Below, in pieces: positions 8,967 to 18,212 of a stretch of DNA of 32,000 nucleotides. The position numbers and the translations under genes are program-made. How positions within the stretch are numbered: the stretch's first letter is position 1; the number at the start of each line of letters is the position of its first letter. Source of the DNA: Gammaproteobacteria bacterium (GTDB taxonomy: Bacteria; Pseudomonadota; Gammaproteobacteria; JBIOEC01); contig OZ257143.1 in the NCBI GenBank assembly GCA_965279305.1, forward strand, positions 480,001-512,000. Direction: 5' to 3'. Under the pieces are notes generated by a model. It did no database searches and was not told the DNA's origin. It saw nothing but the letters and a program-made list of their open reading frames with translations.

Positions 8967-9493
8967 TGCATGTCTCCATTAAACATCGTATATGATAAGG
9001 TTAAACGTGGAATATCCGGCATACTCGGATCGATGTAAAAAATCATCGGATATTCTACGGACTCTCCTGCTTTTAATGTTTGCGCATTAAAGCAAAAACA
9101 TTCTGTTTTCTGTAAATATTTTGCTGCTACTCCGGGTGAAACACTAGGAATAGCCACCGCTGTTACTGCATGATTCGAATTATTCTTCGCGTAAAAATTC
9201 ACTCGTTTAGGCTGCCCCGGATGCACCACTACTGAACTAGTGCGAGGCTCAAACTCCCAATCTAAACCATCATCAGTACGAGTAATAAATTCAACCGTAA
9301 CACTTCTGGTTTCATCTACCTGCGTTCTTACAGGAGCACGAGTACGTCCTCCTGTTTTTCCGTTAAGGCCTGTGATGTCACAAAATACATCGTATAACGG
9401 CACTAATGCATACGTAAAACCAAACATCAGCACCACTAACAGCGTTAACGCTGCAATCATTCCTCTTTTTGTACTCAACCACTTTTTAAGCAT
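8963..9493 (-). CDS. ctaG: Cytochrome c oxidase copper-assembly protein CtaG/Cox11
   Basis: Single N-terminal TM and the CFCF copper motif ([12 protein letters not shown]). The ORF track extends it to 9532. The internal ATG at 9493 ([11 protein letters not shown]...) overlaps the coxA stop by only 8 nt, so I prefer it. Confidence 0.85.
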   Translation of the reverse strand: MLKKWLSTKRGMIAALTLLVVLMFGFTYALVPLYDVFCDITGLNGKTGGRTRAPVRTQVDETRSVTVEFITRTDDGLDWEFEPRTSSVVVHPGQPKRVNFYAKNNSNHAVTAVAIPSVSPGVAAKYLQKTECFCFNAQTLKAGESVEYPMIFYIDPSMPDIPRLTLSYTMFNGDMQ

Positions 9494-11123
9494 GTTCTGT
9501 TTTAATAGGTGGTAATGACGGTGGTGTATCAAATGTATGGTAAGGCGCAGGTGAAGGCACCGTCCATTCTAAACCATGATCCACATCCAAAGAGTGATCC
9601 CACACTTTTTCTGTAGCTTTTACACAGTTTTTTCCACGAATACAATTAATCAAAATATACAAGAACAATAATTGTGAGAAACCAAAAATCAATGCACCTA
9701 CCGTAATTACGCTATTAAAATCAGCAAACTGCAAAGCATAATCAGGGATCCGTCTTGGCATTCCTGCTAATCCAATAAAGTGCATAGGGAAGAACGTAAT
9801 GTTCATAGAAATAGCGGTTAACCAAAAATGGAATTTGCCTAAGGTTTCGTTATACATATAACCGGTCCACTTAGGTAACCAATAATAAACCCCAGCAATA
9901 ATCGAGAAATAAGCACCTGATACTAATACATAGTGGAAATGCGCCACCACAAAATAGGTATCATGATATTGATAATCCGCCGGTACAATCGCTAACATCA
10001 ACCCAGAAAAACCACCAATGGTAAATAACACAATAAACGCTAAAGCAAATAACATAGGCGTTTCAAAAGTAATAGAACCTTTGAACATAGTCGCTACCCA
10101 GTTAAATACTTTTACACCAGTAGGAATAGCAATCAACATGGTGGCATACATAAAGAATAAAGTGCCTTCCAACGGTAAGCCGGTGGTAAACATATGATGC
10201 GCCCACACAATAAATGATAATAATGCGATAGAAACAATCGCATAAATCATAGAAACGCGGCCAAACAAATGTTTGCGCGCAAAAGTAGGAACAATTTCAG
10301 AGATAATGCCGAATGCCGGCAGAATCATAATATACACTTCTGGGTGACCGAAGAACCAGAAAATATGTTGATACAACACAGGATCACCACCACCGGCCGC
10401 ATCAAAGAAGGTAGTGCCAAAATATTTATCGGTTAAAATCATAGTCACTGCGCCCGCTAAAACAGGCATCACCGCAATTAATAAAAACGCAGTAATTAAC
10501 CAGCTCCAACAGAAAATAGGCATGCGCATTAAATTCATATCGGGTGCGCGCATATTAAAGATTGTAACGATAACGTTAATCGCGCCCATTACCGATGAAA
10601 TACCCATTAAATGCACAGCAAATACAAAGAATGCCGTTCCCGCTGGACCATAAGTAGTGGAGAGTGGTGCGTAGGCTGTCCATCCGAAATCAGGAGCAAA
10701 ACCTTTACCCATAAATAAAGTGCTGGCTAATAAAGTGCCCGCAAAAGGTAATATCCAAAAACTAAAATTATTCATGCGTGGCAACGCCATATCAGGTGCG
10801 CCAATCATCAATGGGATCATCCAGTTCGCTAATCCTACAAACGCAGGCATGATCGCGCCAAATACCATGATTAAACCATGCATGGTTACCATTTCATTAT
10901 AAGTAGCATGATCTAAAATTTGTTGGCCGGGTTGAAACAGTTCCAGGCGCATCATTAATGCTAAACCACCCGCAAATAAAAACATAATAAAGCTGAACCA
11001 CAAATACATACTGCCAATGTCTTTATGATTGGTGGTTAAAACCCAACGCATAATACCTTTAGGTGGCCCGTGATGATGTGCTCCGTGAGCATCTTGATCT
11101 AGCAATTCTGTTGTTGTGCTCAT
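9486..11123 (-). CDS. coxA: Cytochrome c oxidase (aa3-type) subunit I
   Basis: Twelve-helix heme-copper oxidase core ([40 protein letters not shown]). GAGGA Shine-Dalgarno upstream of the ATG at 11123. Confidence 0.95.
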   Translation of the reverse strand: MSTTTELLDQDAHGAHHHGPPKGIMRWVLTTNHKDIGSMYLWFSFIMFLFAGGLALMMRLELFQPGQQILDHATYNEMVTMHGLIMVFGAIMPAFVGLANWMIPLMIGAPDMALPRMNNFSFWILPFAGTLLASTLFMGKGFAPDFGWTAYAPLSTTYGPAGTAFFVFAVHLMGISSVMGAINVIVTIFNMRAPDMNLMRMPIFCWSWLITAFLLIAVMPVLAGAVTMILTDKYFGTTFFDAAGGGDPVLYQHIFWFFGHPEVYIMILPAFGIISEIVPTFARKHLFGRVSMIYAIVSIALLSFIVWAHHMFTTGLPLEGTLFFMYATMLIAIPTGVKVFNWVATMFKGSITFETPMLFALAFIVLFTIGGFSGLMLAIVPADYQYHDTYFVVAHFHYVLVSGAYFSIIAGVYYWLPKWTGYMYNETLGKFHFWLTAISMNITFFPMHFIGLAGMPRRIPDYALQFADFNSVITVGALIFGFSQLLFLYILINCIRGKNCVKATEKVWDHSLDVDHGLEWTVPSPAPYHTFDTPPSLPPIKTEHA

Positions 11124-11152
11124 AAATATTCCTCTTCGATTCTTTAATTTGT

Positions 11153-11968
11153 TTAAGCGCCTGTATTATTTGCTGCTGCAGCGGCGGTTTGTTGTTGAGA
11201 AGCCACCCAATCAGCAAATTCACTTTCGGTTACTGCATGTACTTCAATTGGCATAAATCCATGGTTAATACCGCATAATTCTGCGCAAGCTCCACGATAT
11301 ACACCAGGCTTTGTGATAATGGTCCAGTCTTCGTTAATAAACCCAGGAATAGCATCACGTTTGAAGCCTAAATCAGGTACCCACCATGCATGCTGCACAT
11401 CAGCAGAGGTAAATAAAAAGCGGATTTTTTTGTTAATCGGTACAACAACAGGATTATCGACTTCTCTTAAATAATGCTCACCTTTAGGAACTAGGTTAGC
11501 AATCGCTTCTTGGGGTGTAGTGGTCGTGCTGAAAAATTTCACGCCGGTATCTAAATATTCATATTCCCAATACCAACGCCAGCCCGTCACTAAAATTGAA
11601 AGCTCTGAATCGCTAGTATCATGCATTTCTTTCAGTACTTTGGTCGCAGGAATCGCCATACCAATCAGAATCACTAGAGGAATGATGGTCCAAGCCGCTT
11701 CTACTTTTGTACTTTCATGAAAGCTAGACGCTACCGCACCACGAGACTTACGATGTTGATAGAGCGAGTAAAACATCACACCAAAAACCCCGATACCAAT
11801 CACCACGCAAATGTAGAAGATAAGCATATGCAGGTCATACACTTTTTCACTAATAGGTGTAACACCTTGTGTCATATTCCAATCAGAAGCAGCGTGCAAA
11901 ACCTGAAGAGGCAAAATGGCCGCCACGGCGCAAAAAAGTCTTAGCAATGTATTTTTTAATTTAAACAT
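11153..11968 (-). CDS. coxB: Cytochrome c oxidase (aa3-type) subunit II
   Basis: Signal peptide, two TM helices, and the CuA centre DVQHAWWVP...[13 protein letters not shown]. No fused cytochrome c domain. Confidence 0.92.
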   Translation of the reverse strand: MFKLKNTLLRLFCAVAAILPLQVLHAASDWNMTQGVTPISEKVYDLHMLIFYICVVIGIGVFGVMFYSLYQHRKSRGAVASSFHESTKVEAAWTIIPLVILIGMAIPATKVLKEMHDTSDSELSILVTGWRWYWEYEYLDTGVKFFSTTTTPQEAIANLVPKGEHYLREVDNPVVVPINKKIRFLFTSADVQHAWWVPDLGFKRDAIPGFINEDWTIITKPGVYRGACAELCGINHGFMPIEVHAVTESEFADWVASQQQTAAAAANNTGA

Positions 11969-12100
11969 ACCGGTATGTTACCTATTGTCTGTGTAAAAGC
12001 TCAGTGGTTTATGGGGGCTCGCAGGAAACCCTATTTGGATGAAGATTTTAACGGATTTAGCCGGTATTCGCAATTAGAAAACGCATCTATCGCAGAATCA

Positions 12101-12304
12101 CTATGCGTTCGGTTGGATCCAGCCCATCCATAAACCAAAAAGTAATAAAAGAAATAGCAAGGCCGATAATCCTACCCGCCAGGTGAGAGAGGTTACTACA
12201 TGGGTTGCATTATCTTTATCACGCCACAAATACCACAGGCCTGAAAGCAGGCTGATAAAAATAAGGACTAATAAACTAATAATGACTATTTTAAAATAAG
12301 GCAT
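12101..12304 (-). CDS. Small two-helix membrane protein (twin-transmembrane-helix / HIG1-like or DUF2909-like family; assignment from memory)
   Basis: 67 aa with two hydrophobic helices joined by the loop RDKDNATHVVTSLTWRVGLS. Its ATG lies 1 nt after the stop of the upstream CBS transporter (TGA-T-ATG). It sits 132 nt upstream of coxB on the same strand. Confidence 0.65.
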   Translation of the reverse strand: MPYFKIVIISLLVLIFISLLSGLWYLWRDKDNATHVVTSLTWRVGLSALLFLLLLFGLWMGWIQPNA

Positions 12305-12305
12305 A

Positions 12306-13619
12306 TCAATGTTTTTTCTGAGGATGTCTTGGAATAACTCTTACTTGCTCAATACGGGGGCCATGTACTTTTTCAACGACTAAATCAAATTCTTCAAAAA
12401 CAATTCTTTCACCTTCTTTAGGAAAGTGTTCCATTTTTTCTAGAATTAAACCTGTAATAGTGCTTGCATTATATTCAGATAAATCAATATCTAACATTTG
12501 CTCTAACACATAACTTGAAGCATATCCTTTTACTATAAAAGAACCATCGCTTTCTTTTTTCCAATCTTGGCTCGTTAAATGAAACTCATCTTTAATTTTA
12601 CCAATTAACGCTTGCAATAAATTATCTAGCGTTACGAATCCTACTACACGACCTCGGCGATATACTAAAGCAAAATGAGGTGCTCCTTGACGAAAACGCT
12701 GGAAAACATCTAACGCTAAACTATCAGGACTCACCTTAATAACAGGACGCACTAAGTCTTGTAATACAATAGGATTATGGCCTAGTTGGCTCGCAGCAAA
12801 TAAGTCTTTAGCATGGATCACGCCAATCATTTGATCAAATTCTCCTTGATATACAGGATAACGGCTATAACGATATTTAATAATCGTGGCTAAATTTTCT
12901 TCTAATGAGGCCGAAATATCTAATGCTTCTAATTCATCTACAGGGCGCATAACATCCGTTACTTTAAGCTCGGCGAAATCTAATGTTTTTTCCAACATTT
13001 TAGCTTCAGTAGGCGAAAGATCACCATGCATATGGCTGGCTTTCAAAATTAATTTGATCTCTTCACTCGAATAAGCCCCGTCAGCATGATGAGACGCATC
13101 CAATTTAAACCAGCGCAGTAATGTGTTCGCGCTTAAGTTCAATAAGAAAATCGCAGGATACATTAACCAATAAAATAAATATAAAGGAATCGCTGTCCAC
13201 AGCGACATTAATTCTGCTTGTCGTATGGCCATTGTTTTGGGCATTAACTCACCCACTACAATATGTAAAAAAGAAATTAAAGAGAATGCGATAATAAAAG
13301 AGAATACTTCCACACTATGTTCAGAAGCACCTAAAGCAGAAAATACCGGATGTAATAAATGAGCAAAAGCCGGTTCACCTATCCAACCTAAACCTAGAGA
13401 AGCTAATGTGATACCCAATTGGCAGGCAGATAAATACGCATCTAGCTGATTATGAACACGGGCTAAAATACGACCCCGCCAACCTCGGTTTTCTTCTAAG
13501 GTATGAACTTGGGTCGCGCGCAGTTTGACCATTGCAAACTCTGCTGCTACGAAAAACCCGTTGAGGAATACAAATCCAAATGCGAGGAAAACGAACGCCA
13601 GATCAGTCACACTGTTCAT
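12306..13619 (-). CDS. HlyC/CorC (CNNM/TlyC) family transporter: DUF21 membrane domain + CBS pair + CorC_HlyC C-terminal domain
   Basis: N-terminal 4-TM domain (FLNGFFVAAEFAMVKLR ... GELMPK), a CBS pair region (VMRPVDELEALD ... VIHAKDL), and a C-terminal transporter-associated domain. The ORF-track start at 13691 is a TTG. The ATG at 13619 (MNSVTDLAFVFL...) starts directly at the first TM, so I prefer it. Confidence 0.85.
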   Translation of the reverse strand: MNSVTDLAFVFLAFGFVFLNGFFVAAEFAMVKLRATQVHTLEENRGWRGRILARVHNQLDAYLSACQLGITLASLGLGWIGEPAFAHLLHPVFSALGASEHSVEVFSFIIAFSLISFLHIVVGELMPKTMAIRQAELMSLWTAIPLYLFYWLMYPAIFLLNLSANTLLRWFKLDASHHADGAYSSEEIKLILKASHMHGDLSPTEAKMLEKTLDFAELKVTDVMRPVDELEALDISASLEENLATIIKYRYSRYPVYQGEFDQMIGVIHAKDLFAASQLGHNPIVLQDLVRPVIKVSPDSLALDVFQRFRQGAPHFALVYRRGRVVGFVTLDNLLQALIGKIKDEFHLTSQDWKKESDGSFIVKGYASSYVLEQMLDIDLSEYNASTITGLILEKMEHFPKEGERIVFEEFDLVVEKVHGPRIEQVRVIPRHPQKKH

Positions 13620-13762
13620 ATAAGTAGCTGTAATAGAAAATTTGGATTTCAGTATAGCGCGAGTATATTCCCTTATGCAATGCCCTTTCAATGGAAGTGT
13701 GGGTCAAAATCCGTTAAAATAGTCGAGAAATTTCGCTTAAGGCAGCTGACTCAAGGTAAACT

Positions 13763-14707
13763 ATGACCTCTCCCACTACTGATGATAAATTGAGCTTGAA
13801 ACCCTATTGGAAGCCTAAATATTGGCTAACCTGGATAGGACTCGCTGGTTTATGGATTATTGTGCAATTTCCCTATGCCATACAATTAAAATTTGGGAGT
13901 CTTTTAGGATTAGGGGCCTATTACATTCTAAAACGACGCAGGCAAATTGCCGATATCAATATTAAGCTTTGCTTCCCTGAGATGTCTGATAAAGAGCGAG
14001 ATCAACTTGTACGTGACAATTTTTCCTCTATCGGTATGGCTGTTATCGAAACGGCTATGGGATGGTGGGTATCTGACAAGCGATTGGAAAACTTAGCCCA
14101 TATTCATGGGCTGGATTATGCCACTGAGGCATTAAAAAAAGGCAAAGGGATTATTCTACTAGGCGCCCATCTCGGCTCTCTTGATTTAATAGGACGGATT
14201 TCAGTTAAGTATTACACCTTTGATGTATTGTTTCGCAGCAGTAAAAATAAATTAATTGATACCTTGCTACTACGCCATCGTAAAGCTACTTTCAGCACTC
14301 CTATCGAACGACACTCTTTACGCACCATGATAAAGCAGTTAGAAAAAAATCGTATTGTATGGTACGCACCCGATCAAGATTACGGTGCAAAGCATAGTGT
14401 GTTTGCTCCTTTTTTTGGAGTCTCTGCGGCTTCTATTACAGCAACCGCTCGACTCGCTAAATTAAGTGGTGCCGTTGTTATTCCCGCTTTTCCTTATCGT
14501 TTACCTAATGCAAAAGGATATGACTTGGTTGTTCTCCCTCCGTTAGAAAATTTTCCGAGTGGAGATGAAGTAGCCGACACCACCCGTGTTAATAAAATTA
14601 TTGAAGATGCTATTCGCAGAGCGCCTGAACAATATTTATGGGCGCACAGACGTTTTAAAACACGCCCTCCTGGCGAACCTGATGTTTATGCTTCTCTAAA
14701 AAAATAG
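13763..14707 (+). CDS. lpxL: Lipid A biosynthesis late (lauroyl/myristoyl) acyltransferase, LpxL/HtrB family
   Basis: N-terminal membrane anchor (KYWLTWIGLAGLWIIVQFPY), HX4D acyltransferase motif (GAHLGSLDL), YAPDQDYG, and C-terminal PEQYLWAHRRFK, all typical of the LpxL/M/P family. Which paralog this is cannot be told. Confidence 0.85.
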   Translation: MTSPTTDDKLSLKPYWKPKYWLTWIGLAGLWIIVQFPYAIQLKFGSLLGLGAYYILKRRRQIADINIKLCFPEMSDKERDQLVRDNFSSIGMAVIETAMGWWVSDKRLENLAHIHGLDYATEALKKGKGIILLGAHLGSLDLIGRISVKYYTFDVLFRSSKNKLIDTLLLRHRKATFSTPIERHSLRTMIKQLEKNRIVWYAPDQDYGAKHSVFAPFFGVSAASITATARLAKLSGAVVIPAFPYRLPNAKGYDLVVLPPLENFPSGDEVADTTRVNKIIEDAIRRAPEQYLWAHRRFKTRPPGEPDVYASLKK

Positions 14708-14713
14708 GATCTT

Positions 14714-16255
14714 ATGAAAAAATCCATCACTAATTTATTTAAAAATGAAACATTACTATGGGCTTCTGCACTGAGTTTACTGATCTCCTTTGTAATGAGC
14801 TTCACATTTTATATTAATAACGATGGATTCTATTATCTTAATGGCGCACAAGACATTTTAAATCTTGGTTTTGCAGCCACGCATCCTTCTTTGTCTTGGC
14901 CTTTGTACCCACTATTGATTGCTATTACGAGTTACTGCACAGCACTCTCACCTGAACATAGTGCGCTCTTACTACAAGCTCTTTTTCAAGTATTATTAAT
15001 TATCAGCTTTGTATCCATTGTTCGTGCATTAGGTGGAAACAAAACCGTTCAAGCACTCGCCGCACTGACCTTATTATTACATCCTGATTTAATTGCTTAT
15101 CGCGATTCGATTTTGAGAGATTTTGGTTATTGGGGATTTTTATTTGCTAGCTTTTATATGCTTATTCGCTACTACCAAAAACCTTCTTGGAATTTGGCCT
15201 TTGCTTGGTTTGCTACTATAGCCATTGCCACTTTATTTAGAATTGAAGGCGTTGTTATTATTGCGCTAAGCCCATTGATTGGATTGCTGGATTTTCAATC
15301 TTCTTGGAAATCTCGACTCACTGCTGTAATCAAATTATATACACCATGGGTATTGCTGAGTCTTGCTGGCATTATTTTTGTATTTATTTATTCTGGCAAC
15401 ACTCTCCCACTAGGCCGTTTACACGAGCTCTCTATTTGGTGGAATGATTTTTTCACGGGCTCATTAGTCAGCAAATGGGAGCACTTTGAAGTTTTATTAT
15501 CAGGCACATTACCTTTACTACATGAAGACAGTGCTAAAGCTTTTATCTGGGGCGGATTTATTGCTTATCTGGCTTATGAATTAGTAAAAACCATCTCTCC
15601 ATTCTTTCTAGCATTCGTGTTTTATGGCCAATGGCAACATTCTCTAGAAAAAGCCATCCCTAGTTTTGAACAACGTATCATTTATGGATTGCTAGCGATT
15701 ACCTTTTTAGTTCCTACCGTATTTATTATAAGTCGTTGGTTTATGAGAGGTCGATTTTTAATGCCTTTTACCTTACTCCTATTAATTTGGGTACCTTTTA
15801 CTCTTTACGCCATTTACCAACGTTATCATAAACATCCTATTATTCATCGCTATTCTCGTATTATTAAAGCAGCGCTAATAGCTCTAGCATGTGGATTACT
15901 GATTGATGGAATGATTAGCTTTAATTCTCCCGCGTCCGTGGTTAAAGAAAGCGCTCAATGGATAGAAAAAAACACGCCAGAGCAAGCGACACTATATAGT
16001 AATAATTTTCCTTTACTCTATTATGCACACAGACCTGGTTCAAATTTTAATGCTACTCCTATTGCGCCGCCACTTGAAACAGTGCTATCAGATAAAACTT
16101 GGCAAAAATATGATTACCTGGCTTTATTTATTAAACGAAAAGATAAAAAAACCGAACAGTTAATTTCTCAGCATATTTCCTATCCGCCTATTCAACGTTT
16201 TGAAAATAGCAGAGGCTATCAAGTATGGATTTTTAGGGGTAAACATGAAAAATAA
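14714..16255 (+). CDS. Polytopic membrane protein, GT-C-fold glycosyltransferase-like (ArnT/PMT/COG1807-like)
   Basis: 513 aa with about 11-12 hydrophobic helices, followed by a ~110-aa soluble C-terminal domain. An acidic/aromatic motif (NNDGFYYLNGAQD) follows TM1, where GT-C enzymes carry their catalytic Asp. It starts 6 nt after lpxL and overlaps the epimerase start by 11 nt. The function is inferred from architecture and context only. Confidence 0.55.
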   Translation: MKKSITNLFKNETLLWASALSLLISFVMSFTFYINNDGFYYLNGAQDILNLGFAATHPSLSWPLYPLLIAITSYCTALSPEHSALLLQALFQVLLIISFVSIVRALGGNKTVQALAALTLLLHPDLIAYRDSILRDFGYWGFLFASFYMLIRYYQKPSWNLAFAWFATIAIATLFRIEGVVIIALSPLIGLLDFQSSWKSRLTAVIKLYTPWVLLSLAGIIFVFIYSGNTLPLGRLHELSIWWNDFFTGSLVSKWEHFEVLLSGTLPLLHEDSAKAFIWGGFIAYLAYELVKTISPFFLAFVFYGQWQHSLEKAIPSFEQRIIYGLLAITFLVPTVFIISRWFMRGRFLMPFTLLLLIWVPFTLYAIYQRYHKHPIIHRYSRIIKAALIALACGLLIDGMISFNSPASVVKESAQWIEKNTPEQATLYSNNFPLLYYAHRPGSNFNATPIAPPLETVLSDKTWQKYDYLALFIKRKDKKTEQLISQHISYPPIQRFENSRGYQVWIFRGKHEK

Positions 16256-17204
16256 ACGTGTTATCGTGACAGGTGCTGCTGGCTTTATTGGAAGTCACAC
16301 AGTCGATCATTTATTATCACAACAATGTGAAGTGCTAGGCATTGATAATTTTAGCACGGGCTTACAGAACAATGTGGAGCGAGTTCAGAAAAAGCACTCT
16401 CATACATGGGAATGCGTAAAAGCCGATATTCAAGATGCACAAAAAATAAATGCGATTTTCAAAGAATTTAAACCTGACATAGTAGTGCATCTTGCGGCTA
16501 AAGTTTCAGTGCCTGATTCTATTCAAAATCCACAAGCCACTCACGATACTAATGTCACGGGATTTTTAAATGTGATCACGGCAGCCAAAAATGAAAACAC
16601 TAACCGTTTTATTTATGCTTCTTCTAGTGCGGTGTATGGCGAACAAAAAACATTTCCTATCCCTGAAACAGCACCTTTATCTCCATTAAGTCCTTACGGC
16701 GACTCTAAAAAAACAAATGAAGAAGATGCTGCATTATTAGCTACCAATAATTTTCAATGCATTGGTTTAAGATTTTTCAATATTTTTGGACCTTATCAGC
16801 CTGCAGACAATCCTTATGCAGCGGTTATTACCCAATGGGCTCATTTATTAAAACTAGGAAAACCTATTACTATATTTGGTGATGGAAGTGCAACACGTGA
16901 TTATTGTCATGTGGCTAATGTGGTTGAAGCTATTTCAACTCTTTCTAAAGTAACACTCCCTGGATCAACACTGATTTATAATATTGGAAGTGGAAAAGCC
17001 ACTACATTAAACGAGCTAAGTCATTTATTAATTCGTTTATTGAAAAAAGATGAGACCATGATTCAATATCAACCCTGGAGATCAGGCGATATTTTACATT
17101 CATTTGCCGATATTCGTCGTGCCCAACAAGATTGGAATTATCGTGTTTTATTAGATTTAGAAGAAGGTTTAGGCAATTTTTTAGCATCCCTTTCTCTTTT
17201 TTGA
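16245..17204 (+). CDS. NAD-dependent nucleotide-sugar 4-epimerase (extended SDR, WbpP/TviC-like)
   Basis: The true start is the ATG at 16245 (MKNKRVIVTGAAGFIGSH, Rossmann GxxGxxG); the ORF-track start at 16200 lies inside the previous gene. Other motifs are GIDNFSTG, the catalytic SSS...YGDSK (YxxxK), and RFFNIFGP. Confidence 0.85.
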   Translation: MKNKRVIVTGAAGFIGSHTVDHLLSQQCEVLGIDNFSTGLQNNVERVQKKHSHTWECVKADIQDAQKINAIFKEFKPDIVVHLAAKVSVPDSIQNPQATHDTNVTGFLNVITAAKNENTNRFIYASSSAVYGEQKTFPIPETAPLSPLSPYGDSKKTNEEDAALLATNNFQCIGLRFFNIFGPYQPADNPYAAVITQWAHLLKLGKPITIFGDGSATRDYCHVANVVEAISTLSKVTLPGSTLIYNIGSGKATTLNELSHLLIRLLKKDETMIQYQPWRSGDILHSFADIRRAQQDWNYRVLLDLEEGLGNFLASLSLF

Positions 17205-18142
17205 GATGTAAGCTTAGGAATGGTTTCTTTCAACTCCAATAATAAGTCCTGCACCACTTGTTTACTATCAAAATCCAACGTCAGAATATGGGCCGATTTT
17301 TCATAGCATTTACTGGTATAAGAAATATTTTCTTTATCTAATTCTTTTATAAATCGTGGAATATCGGTCACTCTATCTTGCTTTCCATAAAAGAGCACCA
17401 ATTGTTTGAAGCGTGCATGATCAAAATCAATATGCTTTAACGTCATATCAACAGCACGTGCTACATGAATAGGAATGGTAGTGTTATGAAAAGTTCCGAT
17501 AGCCGTTTGCACAAAGCATAAATCTAAACGAGATCCTGGTCTACACATTTGCTTCGTGTAAAAAGGATAAAATATACGTGCAACAAGACTGATAACAGGA
17601 ATATTCGACATCCACACTATTCTTTGCAATTCCGATTCTAAATACATAGCGGGACTGAGTAAAATTAATTTATCTACATTACGATAACGCGATAAAATAG
17701 TACCAATAGCTCCCCCCAAAGAAAGTCCAACCACATGCACTTTTTCAACGGTTTGAGCTAAAACATCATAAGCTTGTATGGCATCGCGAACCCAATCTTT
17801 ATAACTAACATGTGCTAATAATACGGGAGATTGAATACCAAAGCCGGTAAACGTGGGAGCATAATAATTAATCCCTGCTTCTTTCAAAGCCGGAAACAAG
17901 GGTGAGAATACTTGAGCGGATAATGTAAACCCATGAAACAGTAATACGCCATAAGGCTGCTTAGGCTGTTGTATTGAGAATTGCGGTTCAGCTTCGCGGT
18001 AGGAATCATATTCTTCTACATAAGTGAAATGTGCCAATTCTTTCCTAATTTTACCTAAACCACGGTAATAAACGTATGTGTTAAAAATAACAAGAAAAAT
18101 CGCTCCTGCTCCAATAAATTCCAAAAACATCAACGCTGTCAT
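17138..18142 (-). CDS. Membrane-anchored alpha/beta-fold hydrolase (esterase/lipase-like)
   Basis: N-terminal TM (LMFLEFIGAGAIFLVIFNTYVYY), oxyanion HGF (VLLFHGFT), nucleophile elbow GLSLGG, later Asp (GKQDRVTD) and His (KSAHIL). The last 67 nt, encoding a Lys-rich tail, overlap the 3' end of the convergent epimerase gene. Confidence 0.8.
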   Translation of the reverse strand: MTALMFLEFIGAGAIFLVIFNTYVYYRGLGKIRKELAHFTYVEEYDSYREAEPQFSIQQPKQPYGVLLFHGFTLSAQVFSPLFPALKEAGINYYAPTFTGFGIQSPVLLAHVSYKDWVRDAIQAYDVLAQTVEKVHVVGLSLGGAIGTILSRYRNVDKLILLSPAMYLESELQRIVWMSNIPVISLVARIFYPFYTKQMCRPGSRLDLCFVQTAIGTFHNTTIPIHVARAVDMTLKHIDFDHARFKQLVLFYGKQDRVTDIPRFIKELDKENISYTSKCYEKSAHILTLDFDSKQVVQDLLLELKETIPKLTSQKRERDAKKLPKPSSKSNKTR

Positions 18143-18212
18143 GTCTCTCTCCCTGAATACATATATCCCGAATGCTAAATCTTAACATACCCCGCCATTC
18201 CTGCAAATCTGA

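Noticed and set aside
9494-9532. N-terminal extensions given by the ORF track: ctaG to 9532, transporter to 13691, epimerase from 16200, lipoprotein B to 22230, ygfB to 30949.
   Set aside because: These extensions use TTG/GTG or upstream ATG codons that lie inside the preceding gene or too close to the SD. Internal starts give canonical N-termini (TM, Rossmann GxxGxxG, lipoprotein n-region) and typical 4-11-nt operon overlaps. Lipoprotein B at 22230 and orf686 at 5328 versus 5316 remain genuinely ambiguous.
1500-11944. Many 60-123-aa ORFs in the track lie antisense or out of frame inside surA, pdxA, ispA, rsmA, apaH, coxC, ctaG, coxA and coxB. Examples: 1500-1871, 2376-2567, 5724-5942, 6562-6762, 7676-7903, 7994-8182, 8151-8372, 9240-9515, 10414-10653, 10720-10902, 11520-11720, 11717-11944.
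   Set aside because: Each is fully nested in a gene with strong family motifs on the other strand or frame. Their translations are low-complexity or Cys/Ser-rich mirror products, with no RBS or independent support.
12074-12110. Inverted repeat AACGCAT-N16-ATGCGTT overlapping the stop of the twin-TM gene, as a terminator separating it from coxB.
   Set aside because: It is a 7-bp stem with a 16-nt loop, followed by only TTTCT. It is thermodynamically weak, so I cannot decide whether the cox operon is transcribed independently.
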